This document shows, in pieces, positions 34,033-44,528 of a stretch of 64,000 bases of DNA (position 1 is the stretch's first letter; every line of letters begins with the position of its first letter). Position numbers and translations under genes: made by a program. The notes under the pieces were generated by a model. It searched no databases. It saw nothing but the letters and a program-made list of their open reading frames with translations, and was not told the origin of the DNA. Source of the stretch: a bacterium (GTDB taxonomy: Bacteria > UBA8248); the NCBI GenBank assembly GCA_965213685.1, contig CBDBZY010000031.1:288001-352000 (forward strand), written 5' to 3'.

Positions 34033-34860
34033 CTACTGCCGTGCCAGAAACGCGGAGATGGCCGCCGTCACCGCCTCGGTATCCTCAATCGCCATCAGGT
34101 GCCCCACCCCCGGAACCACCATTTTCTCGGCACCCTCAATCTTCCCGGTCAGCTCCTCCGCGCAGGCGTGAAAGCCGCCGAGGTCCTTCTCGCCCACCAT
34201 GAGGAGGGTGGGGGCCGTGATCTTGCCGGCGACGCTCGCGAGCGATGCGTCCTGCGGAGGATACTGGTCCAGCCAGTGCGCGCCCGTATAGGTGAGGAGC
34301 ATATCCTCCGCCCAGTCGGCGGCGTCCTCGTTCTCCCGCAGGGAAGCGAAGATGGGCAGCTCCGACCAGTAATCCTTGGCCGCCCGCAGTCCTTCGGCTC
34401 TCAGGGTGGCCATCGTCTGCAGCCTTTGGTCCGCGAAATCGGGCATGAGGCGGGGGAAGTCGTAGCCCGCGCCCATCGCGATGACCGACGCCGTTTTTTC
34501 CGGATGCGCCGCGGCAAAGGCGAGCGCGACGCCGCCCCCGCGGCTCAAGCCCACGATATGGGCCCTGGCTATGCGGATGGCCTCGAACAGGTCGGCCAGG
34601 TCCGCCACCTCGGTGTCCCGGCCGTAGCCCGTGGCGGGCTTCTCCGATCGGCCGTGCCCCCGCAGGTCATACGTCACGACCCGGTACGCGCCGCGCAGCG
34701 CGAGTTTCTGGCGATCCCACATCGAGCGGTTCATCCCGTGCCCGTGCAGGAAAACGATGGGGGGATTCGAGGTGTTGACCCCGTTGTCGTCAAAAGAAAT
34801 CTGGACTCCGTTGCATACCGCTTGCGCCACTGGAATTGCCTCCGGCGGGATGTTCATCAT
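34033..34860 (-). CDS. Alpha/beta fold hydrolase
   Basis: DLRGHGRS, GLSRGG, and GH near the C-terminus. Confidence 0.9.
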   Translation of the reverse strand: MMNIPPEAIPVAQAVCNGVQISFDDNGVNTSNPPIVFLHGHGMNRSMWDRQKLALRGAYRVVTYDLRGHGRSEKPATGYGRDTEVADLADLFEAIRIARAHIVGLSRGGGVALAFAAAHPEKTASVIAMGAGYDFPRLMPDFADQRLQTMATLRAEGLRAAKDYWSELPIFASLRENEDAADWAEDMLLTYTGAHWLDQYPPQDASLASVAGKITAPTLLMVGEKDLGGFHACAEELTGKIEGAEKMVVPGVGHLMAIEDTEAVTAAISAFLARQ

Positions 34861-35182
34861 CCAAACCCCTCCGCCCGACTCCTCCTTGAGTCGTCCCGCG
34901 TTGGCGGCCGGGTTGGGCTGGAAGACACTGTATATACAATGATTCGGGACGATTCGCAAAGCGTCGGGCAAAGCGTCGCTCCGGTGCGGCGGATGCGCGC
35001 TGCCGTTTTCGCTCCATCCACGCCACAAGGGGGCCACGGGTTGGGTGGACCCGGGCGCGCGCGCGTTTGGCCTCTCCCAGCGAGAGGGAAGAGGGGGGCT
35101 GGGCGCGCTTCCCCGAACGGGGCCTTTGCGCCAAAATGACGCCGCTCCCGATGCGGCCCGGCGGAAAAAAGGACGCCCCCCG

Positions 35183-35590
35183 ATGCAGCTCACCTACGAG
35201 CACGCCCACCTCCTCCACGCGGACCACGACGAGGCGGTGCGCTTTTATCAGGACATCCTGGGGGCGCGCATCATCGACTCGCGCGCGCGCAAGGGGGCGA
35301 TGCAGACGAAGCTCATGGCCGGGGGCGGAATGCTCATCGTGCGGGGCGTCCGGCCCGGCGAGAATCCCGCCCCCGAGGGCCGCCTCCCGAGGCTGGGCAT
35401 CGACCACATCGGCTTCTACGTGGGGGAGGGGGAGTTGGAGGCCGCCCGCAGAACCCTCCGGGAGAAGGGGGTCGCCATCCTGGAGGAGGGCGACATGCCC
35501 CACCTGAAATACCTCTACCTCCAGGGGCCGGACGGCGTGGTGGTCGAGCTCATGGAGAGGAAGGCGCCCCCTCCCGCGCCAAGCGGGTAA
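35183..35590 (+). CDS. VOC/glyoxalase family protein
   Basis: HAHL..., GIDHIGF and GPDGVVVELME motifs. Confidence 0.9.
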   Translation: MQLTYEHAHLLHADHDEAVRFYQDILGARIIDSRARKGAMQTKLMAGGGMLIVRGVRPGENPAPEGRLPRLGIDHIGFYVGEGELEAARRTLREKGVAILEEGDMPHLKYLYLQGPDGVVVELMERKAPPPAPSG

Positions 35591-35617
35591 GCATATGTCG
35601 AGAGGAGCCGGAGAACG

Positions 35618-36371
35618 ATGGAAAAAGCGCGCACGCTCATGGAGATGACGAACCCCGAGGCGGAGAGGACGCTGGAGGAAACCGGCTTCGCCATCCTCCC
35701 CCTCGGTAGCGTGGAGCAGCACGGCGCCCACCTCCCGACGGGAACGGACTACTACGCGGCGGAGTCTTTCGCGAGGCGGGTCGCGGCCATCACCGGCGGA
35801 CTCCTGGTGGATTTCTGCCCCTTTGGCGTCACCCCCCCTGCACATGGGCTTCGGCGGCACGGTGTCGCTGCGCTCGGACACCATGATCCGCCTGATGCGC
35901 GACGTCGTGGGCAGCCTCCACCGGCACGGGGCGCGGAAGGTGGTGTTCCTGAACTGGCACGAGCGCAACCTGCCGGCGATGGAGATTGCCGCCGAAGACG
36001 CCCAGAACGCGCACGACGGCCTCCGGATTCTCATCGTCCACGCGCACTTCATCGCCAGGGAGATGTATGGCCAGAAGGTGGGCCTCACCCACGGAGGCGA
36101 ACTCGAGGCCATCCCCGTGCTCGCCGACAGGCCGGAACTCGCGCGTCTCGAGCGCGCCACGGACCCCTCGCCCATGGAGCGTGGCGCCAGAAGCGACGCC
36201 GCCCGCCGCGACCCGGCGGTCTACCACATTCCCAAGGACGTGCGGGACATGTACGAAACCGGCTGGTATGGCCTGATAGAAGACACCTCGCCGGCGCGGG
36301 TGGCCGAGGTGATGGAGGGGGTCTCCCGCCGGGCGGCCGAGCGCATCCGGGCCTATTTCGGGTTGTCCTAG
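35618..36371 (+). pseudogene. Creatininase family protein, apparent +1 frameshift in a C7 run
   Basis: EQHGAHLP is in one frame; HMGFGGT, NWHERN and HGGELE are in the next. They join at 35832-35838. Confidence 0.85.
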
Positions 36372-36643
36372 TTTCCGGCTTTTGAGGGTGCGTGCGGAGA
36401 AATCGCCCAAAAGACCGGCGAAACAAGGCAACGGGCGCTTAGCTTTGCCGAAACGGCGCGCGCCATCCAGATCGCGCTTCCGGCCGCCCTGCACGACGAC
36501 GCCCTTGTGCCTCCTCGCAGGCGTTGATCTCGGCGCGGCTCATTCCCGCCTTAGGGCGCGGCGTCCATGAAATGGGCCGTCAGCATCGCCTTCGCCGCCA
36601 TATGCCGCCGCGAGGACGGCCCCGCATCCGGGGAGGCGGGCGG

Positions 36644-38053
36644 TCAGCCGTTCTCGCGCACATACTTCGCGTCGTCCTCATCGGGCATGAGCACGAACTC
36701 GGGATAGGCCTCGAGGCCGAGCTCCGCCGTGTCCTGGCCGAGCTCCTCCACCGTGCGCGACACCCGCACGCCTATTGTCTTCTCGAGTACCTGCCAGAGG
36801 AGCAGCGAGGTTCCGAACGTGAACACGCCCACCGCCAGCACGCCGAGGAGCTGCACGAGGAAGTTGGCGCCCCCGACGATGCAGACCGCGAGCGTTCCCC
36901 AGACGCCGGCGAACAGGTGGGCGGGAATCGCGCCCACGACGTCGTCCACCTTCATCCGCTCCAGGAGGCTCATGCCGAACGTGCAGATGACGCCGCCGAT
37001 CGCGCCGATGATGACCGCCCAATGGTAGTCCACGATGTCCGGCCCGGCCGTGATGGAGACGAGCCCGCCAATCGCGCCGTTCAGCACAGCGAGCAGGTCC
37101 ACCCGCCCCAGGATGGGCCGCGCGACGAACAGGGCGGCGACAACCCCGCCCGACGCCCCGAGGTTGGTGTTGATCAGTATGTTGCCCATCCCCACCACGT
37201 CGGCGGCGCTCCCGAGCGGGAGCTTCGAGCCGCCGTTGAACCCGAACCATCCGAACCAGAGGATGAAGACGCCCAGGGCGACCAGCGGGATGTTCGACGG
37301 CGGAGTGGCCTTGACGCTGCCGTCGGGCCGGAACTTGCCCCCCCGCGCGCCCACCGAGAGCACGCCGGCGAGCGCCGCCCAGCCCCCTGTGGAGTGGACG
37401 ATGGTGGAGCCCGCGAAATCCTGGAAGCCGAGCGCGCTGAGCCAGCCGCCGCCCCACGTCCACGCCCCTACCAGCGGGTAGATGAAGGTGGTGAAGACCG
37501 TGGTGAAGAGGAAGAACGACCAGAGCCGCACGCGCTCGGCGAGGGCACCGGAGACGATGGAGGCGGTGGTCGCCACGAACGTCATCTGGAAGAACCAGTA
37601 GGACACGCTGGCGTAGCCGCTCTCGACCACGGCCTTGCGCGCCCCCTCGTTGCCGGCGAGCAGGGCGAGCTCATCCCCCGAGGGCCGGAAGAAGAGGCGA
37701 AACGAGCCGATCCATCCCGTGACGTCCACGAACATGAGGTTGTAGCCGACGACGTAGAACATGATGCCGGCGATGGCGTATAGCCCGATGTTCTTGAGAC
37801 AGATGACCGAGGCGTTCTTGGTGCGCACCGAACCCGCCTCGAGCATGGTGAAGCCCGCGCACATCCACATGACGAACGCGCCCCAGATGAGAAAGGAGAA
37901 GGTGTTGAATATGTATTGCCCGACAGCGAAGGGGGCAACCTCGGCGGGGGCGGCCGCCTCCGCCACGCCCGCCGCGAGGACGAGGGCGGCGAGGGCGAGA
38001 AGTGCGGCGAGTGCCGCGGGCCGCGGCGGGGAGTTGTGATGGCGGCTTTTCAC
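36644..38053 (-). CDS. amtB: Ammonium transporter
   Basis: FFQMTF, DFAGSTIVH, GWFGFNGGS and DDVVGAIPAH. GTG start after GGAGG. Confidence 0.95.
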   Translation of the reverse strand: MKSRHHNSPPRPAALAALLALAALVLAAGVAEAAAPAEVAPFAVGQYIFNTFSFLIWGAFVMWMCAGFTMLEAGSVRTKNASVICLKNIGLYAIAGIMFYVVGYNLMFVDVTGWIGSFRLFFRPSGDELALLAGNEGARKAVVESGYASVSYWFFQMTFVATTASIVSGALAERVRLWSFFLFTTVFTTFIYPLVGAWTWGGGWLSALGFQDFAGSTIVHSTGGWAALAGVLSVGARGGKFRPDGSVKATPPSNIPLVALGVFILWFGWFGFNGGSKLPLGSAADVVGMGNILINTNLGASGGVVAALFVARPILGRVDLLAVLNGAIGGLVSITAGPDIVDYHWAVIIGAIGGVICTFGMSLLERMKVDDVVGAIPAHLFAGVWGTLAVCIVGGANFLVQLLGVLAVGVFTFGTSLLLWQVLEKTIGVRVSRTVEELGQDTAELGLEAYPEFVLMPDEDDAKYVRENG

Positions 38054-38744
38054 GAGCTTCCCTCCAGGTTGCATGGACAGGCGATTATTGACCGAAGCCC
38101 CCCTTGCGGGGAGCGTCTTTAGCACCGGATGTGTTCCGCCAGCCTTCGGCAGCGACGCCCCGCCCGGGGGGAAGGGCCTCCATCCTTTCGGGGACGCCCG
38201 CACCGCATCAGAAGGCGTATGTCATCGCAAGGCCGACCGCCCGGAACGAGACGCCTGCGTCTCCATCGCGCAGGCAACCCATTCTCCGTTCGGTGCGATG
38301 CGGGAGTCTTGGCTGCGCAACTGGCCGCAAGGCGCGCCGTCGGGGAGATTGTCCGGGTTCGCGGGACGCTGAGATCGCCCAGGCGGAAGCCGGTGCCGAC
38401 GCGAGCGGGAAAGCCGCCGGCACGCCCCACCTCCCCATCACCCATGCGCGTCTCATCGTACCATTCCCGCCGTCGTTGGAACGCTCGGGAAAAATCGCTC
38501 AAGCGGGATGCCGGACGCCCCGGCCGCCCGCGCATCTGTGCATCGCGCCTTGCCCTGCTTTTCGCCCATCTTCACACAGCATCGCGTTCCGGGCAACGCC
38601 GCCCCGGACTCTCATCCGTCCCCCCTCGGGAAAGGGGGGCGGGGGCGCATCTCGCCCGAGGCCGTCGATGAGAAACCCTGCCGTATCGGCGATATATGGA
38701 CAGTATACTAGAGGATGGCGGGGGCGTGATACAAGAGAATTCTT

Positions 38745-38984
38745 TCAACGCCCCCCCTCCCCCCGGGCGTCGAGGCGCGGCACCCGGTTGCGGCAGGGGG
38801 AGCGCAGCTTGAGGCGTCCGATGAATTCCTGCTCCGTCAGCGCAACTTCGTATCGCTCGGGGTCGCGTTTCAAGACCTCGAATACACCGTCCCGCCCGGC
38901 GAAGCGGTGCTTGAAATCCCTGGGAGTTTCTACCGACCAGACGTCGCGCAGGAGAGCTGGCGCGATCTCGAAGCCTCATCTCAT
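38745..38984 (-). other. Coding-like segment with TGA at codon 3 (gene remnant or small UGA-readthrough ORF)
   Basis: ATG AGA TGA, then 76 sense codons with host-like usage (GFEIAPALLRDVWSVETPRDFKHRF...). Confidence 0.3.
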
Positions 38985-39092
38985 GGGGGAGGATCGTTCC
39001 GCCCGCCCGCGCGCTTCCAGGGTCGTGAAAAATCCGCCCGACAAGGGGGGCGGGTGGGGGCAACCCCCCTCCTCCCGGCCCGGCGATGGTGC

Positions 39093-39698
39093 TCATGCGG
39101 GCGGGGGCACGCTGCTTCCGTAAATCTTCTCGGATTGCGCCTGCGTCACGGCGTTTCCCTCCGGGTCGTGCAGGGGGTAGGCGCCCAGGGTGCGCATGAA
39201 CACCTGCATGCCGTAGTGAAGCGCCGTCATCGAGCCGATCTCCATGATCTGGGCTTCGGTGAAATGCCGCTTGCCCTCGTCGTAGAAGGCCTTGTCGAGC
39301 CGGGCCGCGTCGCGATACATCCAGTAGGCGTAGCGGAGCGCCCACTTCTCGGCGTCGGTGAACTGCGGGTCGTTCTCGAAATCGCCGCAGGCGGCCTCGA
39401 TGCGCGCCTCCGTCAGCCCCTCTTTTTTCGCCTTCTCCGAGCGCAGGTTCGCGAAGTAGGTGTCCCCCGCCGTTCTGGCGAGCTGGATGCGCACCATCTC
39501 CTTGAGACGGTGATCCACCCCGCCCTGGGCGTGGGAGCGGTGCATCGCGTCGTGCAGGGCGGCGGCGTAGCCGGGCGCATGGGCCATGACGCGAGAGAAC
39601 AGCGCGTCGGGCGCCCCCGTCTCGGCGGTGCGCTCCATGACGCGCTCCCAGCCTTTTTCTTCGATCTCCTCGGGGTCGAGCGGTTCGATTATCGGCAT
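39093..39698 (-). CDS. Carboxymuconolactone decarboxylase/AhpD-like protein lacking the redox motif
   Basis: DHRLKEMVRIQLARTAG-DTYF-ANLRS aligns with its neighbour's CNYU region. F-T-x-AEK-x-AL-x-Y pattern. Confidence 0.88.
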   Translation of the reverse strand: MPIIEPLDPEEIEEKGWERVMERTAETGAPDALFSRVMAHAPGYAAALHDAMHRSHAQGGVDHRLKEMVRIQLARTAGDTYFANLRSEKAKKEGLTEARIEAACGDFENDPQFTDAEKWALRYAYWMYRDAARLDKAFYDEGKRHFTEAQIMEIGSMTALHYGMQVFMRTLGAYPLHDPEGNAVTQAQSEKIYGSSVPPPA

Positions 39699-40351
39699 GG
39701 CGCCTCCTCGTCTCCGCCCGCCTCCGTCGCGCGGGCGAGCGGGCCGCTGCGGTGCGAGACAGGACAATCGCCATAGATGCGGCGCGACTCCTCCTGGCTC
39801 ACCAGCCGACCGTCTGGGGAGAACATGGGGTAGAAGTCGAGCGTGCGGAAAAAGGTGTGGTACCCCACGTTGAAGCCGATGAACGAGCCGAGCTCCACGA
39901 TCTCCGCGTCCGAGTAATGCGCCTGGAGGCGCGCGTAGAAGGCCGCGTCGATTTTCTCCGGCTCCGAATCCATGAGCTCGCTGTACTCGAGCGCCAGCTT
40001 CTCGGCCTCGGAGAAGTGCACGCTTTCGCGCCAGTTGTCGATGCCCTCGTCGATCATCTCCTCGGTCAGCCCCGCCTGCTTCGCCGAAGCAGATCGCACG
40101 TTGCCTCAGTAGTTGCAGAAGGCGCGGCGGGAGAGCTGCACGCGGATGATCTCCTTGAGCCTGTGGTCGATGGCGCCGGTGTTGAACACCGCCCCCCAGG
40201 CCAGGTACATGGATTTCGCCAAATCCTCGTTGTGGCCCTGCATGGCGTGAAAGGCCGGGTCGGGCGCGCGGTGCTTGAGCGCCTTGTTGACGAAGGGGGC
40301 CAGCTTCGTCTTCTTCAGCCCCTCGATGTCAAGCATGGTGATGTTGGACAT
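39689..40351 (-). CDS. AhpD/CMD-like selenoprotein with CxxU motif
   Basis: ...RVQLSRRAFCNY-TGA(40106-40108)-GNVRSASAK joins ORFs 40106..40441 and 39689..40099 in frame. Hairpin CTGCTTC-GGC-GAAGCAG 13 nt downstream. Confidence 0.9.
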
Positions 40352-40403
40352 GGTCCCGTCTCCTGAAAAAGGATGGATGCATGACGGACAAGGCGCGGCC
40401 GCC

Positions 40404-41765
40404 TCACGCGCCGCCCTCCGCCTGCAGGCGGCGCAGGGCATCGCCTAGGACGGACGCCACGCGCCCGGCCTCCTCCTCGGTAATGACCAGGGGCGGGCTG
40501 ATGGTGACGGTGTTCGCCGGGCCTGCGGCGATGCCGGCGTTCTTGCCGAAAATCACGCCCCCCTCCTTCGCGTAGGCTAGCACCCGGGAGGTGGCCGCCG
40601 TGGAGAGGGGCGCGCCGTCCTCCTCTATCAGCTCCACCCCCCAGATGAGTCCCACCCCCCGCACGTCGCCCACGCAGGGGATGTCCGAGAGGCTCCGCAG
40701 GAGCCCGCCCAGATGGGCGCCCACCTCCCGCGCGCGGGCGGGTAGCGCCTCCGCCGTCAGGATGTCGAGGTTCTTGAGCGCAGCCGCGCAGGCGGCGGGG
40801 TGTCCCCCGTAGGTGTTCACCTGGAGGAAGCCCGGCTCGCCCTCCGCGTTGATCGCCTCGAATATCTCCTCGGTGGCGGCCGTCGCGCCGATGGGCAGGT
40901 AGGCGCTGCTCAGCCCCTTGGCCAGCGTCACGATGTCCGGCTCGATCCCGTAGAGGTCGGAGGCGAAAAGCGCGCCCGTGCGGCCGAAGCCGGTGATGAC
41001 CTCATCGGCGATGAACAGCACGCCGTGGCTGCGGCACACCGCGCGCATCCGCCTCAGGTAGTCCGCGGGCGGCGGTATCACCCCCCCTCCGCCGATGACG
41101 GGCTCCGCGATGAACGCCGCCACCGTCTCCGGGTCCTCGTAGCGGATGACCTCGTCGAGCTCCTCCGCGCACCGCCGGGCGAGCTCCTCCTCGGTGGCCG
41201 CCCCGCTGCGGTAGAAGTAGGGGGCGCTCACGTGAATCACCCCCGGCAGAAGCGGCTCGAACGCCGCCCGCCGCAGCGTCTGGCCGCTCAGGCTCGCCCC
41301 GCCGATGGTGGCGCCGTGATACCCCTGGTGGCGGGCGATGATCTTGTACCGCCGCCCGCCGCCCAGCCGCCCGTGGACGCGGGCCAGCTTGATCGCGGTG
41401 TCCACCGCCTCCGACCCGGAGTTCACGAACCAGACGCGATCCACCCCCTCCGGCAGCAGGGAGGCCAGCCGGTCGGCGAGCCGCGCCGCAGGCGGGTTCG
41501 CCTGCGTCAGGGGGTAGTAGGCCAGCTCCCGCATCTGCTCGTAGGCCGCCCGGGCCACCTCCTCGCGCCCGTAGCCGATGTTCACGCACCAAAGCCCCGC
41601 CATGGCGTCGACGTACTCCCGCCCGGCGGCGTCCCGTATGGTCGAGCCCCGCGCCCCGACCACGACGTCGAGCGGGTTCTCCTCCATCCCCGAATGGTTC
41701 ATGAGCGGATGCCAGACGTGCGCCCTGTCCATCTCCCGCAGGGCTTCGGCTGTGGCCGGGTTCAT
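40404..41765 (-). CDS. Class III PLP aminotransferase (omega-amino acid/BioA-like)
   Basis: SGSEA, YHG, FIADEVITGFGRTG and LAKG motifs. Confidence 0.95.
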   Translation of the reverse strand: MNPATAEALREMDRAHVWHPLMNHSGMEENPLDVVVGARGSTIRDAAGREYVDAMAGLWCVNIGYGREEVARAAYEQMRELAYYPLTQANPPAARLADRLASLLPEGVDRVWFVNSGSEAVDTAIKLARVHGRLGGGRRYKIIARHQGYHGATIGGASLSGQTLRRAAFEPLLPGVIHVSAPYFYRSGAATEEELARRCAEELDEVIRYEDPETVAAFIAEPVIGGGGVIPPPADYLRRMRAVCRSHGVLFIADEVITGFGRTGALFASDLYGIEPDIVTLAKGLSSAYLPIGATAATEEIFEAINAEGEPGFLQVNTYGGHPAACAAALKNLDILTAEALPARAREVGAHLGGLLRSLSDIPCVGDVRGVGLIWGVELIEEDGAPLSTAATSRVLAYAKEGGVIFGKNAGIAAGPANTVTISPPLVITEEEAGRVASVLGDALRRLQAEGGA

Positions 41766-41873
41766 GGGGTCTCCCTCCCAGGTGGCGGCGGCGGTGCGGG
41801 GCGCGCGGGCGTCCCGTGGAGGAAATCGTAATGCGCGAGGCGGCGCGAGGCAACCGGCGGGCGGGGCGGGCGC

Positions 41874-42698
41874 CTATGGTTTCGCAGCCCGGAATCGCGC
41901 GAGAAAATCGAGAATCAGGCGCCGCGCCGCCCGGTTGCGCGAGAGGTTGTGCGCCCGGCCCTCGAACAGGTGAAACTCCATCTCCAAGCCGCGCCGCCCG
42001 GCTCTGCGCAGGCATCGGTCGGCGGGCCGGCCCCGCCGCCACGGGTCGTCTTTCGAGTAGAGGGCGAGGACGGGCGTCCCGGGCGGGATGCGCACCCCGC
42101 GCCCGCACGTGGAGCCGCTGATGACGCGGGCGCGGAACTCATCCCCCGCATAGGCGGCGACCGCCGTTCCGCCCTGGCTGTGGCCCATCAGAAAGAGATT
42201 TCGCCGATCCACCCAGGGAACGTTCCGCACCCGATGCGCCGCGTGCCGAATCTCCTCCTGCCGCATCTGTCCCACCCGCCGGAAGGGCGCCCCCGGGACG
42301 GGGCGACGCTGGGAGGGGAGGCAGGTCTCGGGCCGGTAGCGGCGGGCGAAGCTGTCCGGTGCGATGACGGCGTATCCCGCGCGCGCCAGCAGGCGCATAT
42401 AGCGCAGGTTTCCGCGGCCGAGCCCCGCGCAGCCGTGGGCGAAAATGACCGTGGGACGCTTTCCCGCAAGCCGCGCGAGACGCTCCCGAACGAACCGATG
42501 GCGCATTTCGCCCTCGATGAGCTGGCCGTCGGCGCGGATCATGATGCGGGCGGCGTCAAAGGTGCGCCGCGCCTCGTCGACCAAATCCAGCGTCTGCGGG
42601 TCCACGGGCGGGCCGCACCCGAAAAGCAGAAAACAGGCAGCGGCCAGCAGGCGGCGGCCCGCCCCTCTCCGCACCGCAAGACCGCCGATTCCCCGCAC
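41874..42698 (-). CDS. Dienelactone hydrolase family lipoprotein
   Basis: Lipobox LFGC, HGCAG and GHSQGG motifs. Confidence 0.8.
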   Translation of the reverse strand: MRGIGGLAVRRGAGRRLLAAACFLLFGCGPPVDPQTLDLVDEARRTFDAARIMIRADGQLIEGEMRHRFVRERLARLAGKRPTVIFAHGCAGLGRGNLRYMRLLARAGYAVIAPDSFARRYRPETCLPSQRRPVPGAPFRRVGQMRQEEIRHAAHRVRNVPWVDRRNLFLMGHSQGGTAVAAYAGDEFRARVISGSTCGRGVRIPPGTPVLALYSKDDPWRRGRPADRCLRRAGRRGLEMEFHLFEGRAHNLSRNRAARRLILDFLARFRAAKP

Positions 42699-42711
42699 GA
42701 TACGCGCCTCC

Positions 42712-43944
42712 TCAGATCACCCCTTCTTCCTTCAGCCGCGCGCACTCCGCCTCCGACACCCCGAGCAGGCCGCCGAGCACCTCCTCGTTGTGCTGCCCCA
42801 CCAGCGGGGCGGGGGAGGCGTAGCCGCCCCGCATCTCGCTGAACCTGAAGGGGAAGCCCGGTGCCTTCGCCCCGTCGAGCGTCCCGAGGGTGGGGTGTTC
42901 CAGGTCGCGTATCATCCCGCGCGCGCGCATGTGGGGCCAGGAGAGAATGGCGTCGATGTCGTTCACCGGCCCGCAGATGACGTCGTGTGCGCGCAGGGAG
43001 GAAACCGCCTCCCGCGTCTCGCGCCGCCGCGTCCAGGCGGCGATGATCCCGTCGACCTCCGCGCATCTGGTGACGCGCCGGCTCATGTCCTCATACCGCT
43101 CATCGCCGATGAGGTCGGCGCGCTCTATGCCGCGCAGTATGTTGTGCCAGTGCGCGTTGGTTCCCGAGGCGACCACCACCCAGCCGTCTTTCGTCTCATA
43201 AGCGTTGAAGGGGGCGAGCCGCATGATGCGGTTCCCGATGCGGGGAGGAAGGCCGAGCCGCTCGTAGCAGTCCATCGGCTCATCGAATATCAGGGAGAAG
43301 ATGCAGTCGATCATCGAGATGTCGATGTGCTGGCCCCTGCCGGTGCGCTCGCGGTGGAAGAGTGCCGTCATGATCGCGCCGAAGGCGAACGTGCCGCCCA
43401 GGCTGTCGCCGAGGGCGGAGCCCGCCTTGGTGGGCGGGCCGTCGGGAAACCCCGTGAGGTTCATCAGGCCCGAGGCGGCCTGGGAGACGGCGTCATAGCC
43501 CTTGAGGCCCGCGTCCGGCCCCGTCTGGCCGTAGCCCGTGATGGAGCAGTAGATCAACGAGGGCTTGCGCACCCGGAGCGTCTCGTAGTCGATCCGGAGC
43601 CTCTTGGTGACGCCGACGGAGAAGTTCTCCGCCACGATGTCGGATTTCTCGACCAGACCCTGGAACATCTCGAGGCCCCTCGGGTCCTTGATGTTGAGGG
43701 TGATCGCCTTCTTCCCGCGCGTGCGCTTGAGATAGGCGACCCCCATGTCCTCCTCCGTCTGGGGGTGGAAGGAGACGCCCTCCGCGCCGATGAAGGGAGG
43801 GGAGTAGGCCACCGGGTCGCCCGTGGCCGGGTTGTCGATTCGGATGACCTCCGCCCCCAGACCCGCCAGGAAGAGGGTGGCCTGGGGACCGGAGAGAAAC
43901 TGCGTGAGGTCCAGAACGCGGATGCCTTCCAGCGGCTTCGTCAT
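42712..43944 (-). CDS. CaiB/BaiF (class III) CoA-transferase
   Basis: PLEGIRVLDL, LGAEVI, SITGYGQTGP, YD and APLVGQHN motifs. Confidence 0.95.
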   Translation of the reverse strand: MTKPLEGIRVLDLTQFLSGPQATLFLAGLGAEVIRIDNPATGDPVAYSPPFIGAEGVSFHPQTEEDMGVAYLKRTRGKKAITLNIKDPRGLEMFQGLVEKSDIVAENFSVGVTKRLRIDYETLRVRKPSLIYCSITGYGQTGPDAGLKGYDAVSQAASGLMNLTGFPDGPPTKAGSALGDSLGGTFAFGAIMTALFHRERTGRGQHIDISMIDCIFSLIFDEPMDCYERLGLPPRIGNRIMRLAPFNAYETKDGWVVVASGTNAHWHNILRGIERADLIGDERYEDMSRRVTRCAEVDGIIAAWTRRRETREAVSSLRAHDVICGPVNDIDAILSWPHMRARGMIRDLEHPTLGTLDGAKAPGFPFRFSEMRGGYASPAPLVGQHNEEVLGGLLGVSEAECARLKEEGVI

Positions 43945-43957
43945 CGGGGAGTGCGCG

Positions 43958-44500
43958 CTATGCGCCAAGCAGAACCTTCACCGCCTGGCGGGCCGCATCG
44001 CGCGCGCGCGAGGAGATTTCCTCGTCCGACAGCGTGCTCAGGGGGTGTTGTATGACCACGGGGTCGAGGCCGTCCATCCCCAGGGCCGCCCGCTGCACGC
44101 GGGCCTCGCGCAGGAAAACCTCCGTCACCACCACGGCGGTGGGCACTCCCCTCTCCTCCAGGGAAATCGCATCGTGCATACAGCACGAGGTGCAGGAGCC
44201 TCAGTCGCCAATCGCCGTCAGGACGACGTCGTTCTCCTCCGCGATCCGCGCGATCAGCTCCGGGGCCGCATTTTTGGAGAAGCTCTCCTTCTTGTAATAC
44301 CGCACCCCCGCGAAGGGGCCCTCCGCCTCCATCAACGCCGTGGCCCGCTCCAGGAGCTTCCGCCCGTTCCACTTGGTGTTGTCCAGAACGCCGAGCCTGA
44401 GGCCCTTCAAATCCCGGGCGCGGCGCGCGACCGACCGCGCTTCGGCCTCGACGACGCCCCGGGGGTCATAGACGACCTGGCCGGTGATGAGATCGCTCAT
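43958..44500 (-). CDS. UGSC-family selenoprotein
   Basis: ...VLTAIGD-TGA(44201-44203)-GSCTSCCMHD joins ORFs 44201..44500 and 43958..44179 in frame. Hairpin TCGTGC-TGTAT-GCACGA 12 nt downstream. Confidence 0.9.
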
Positions 44501-44528
44501 GGTTTTCTCTCCTATTCCGGAATCGTCC

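Noticed and set aside
31932-34202. Long antisense or alternate-frame ORFs (also 17485-19377, 23606-25318, 53879-56332)
   Set aside because: These are shadow ORFs typical of high-GC coding DNA, overlapping well-supported genes.
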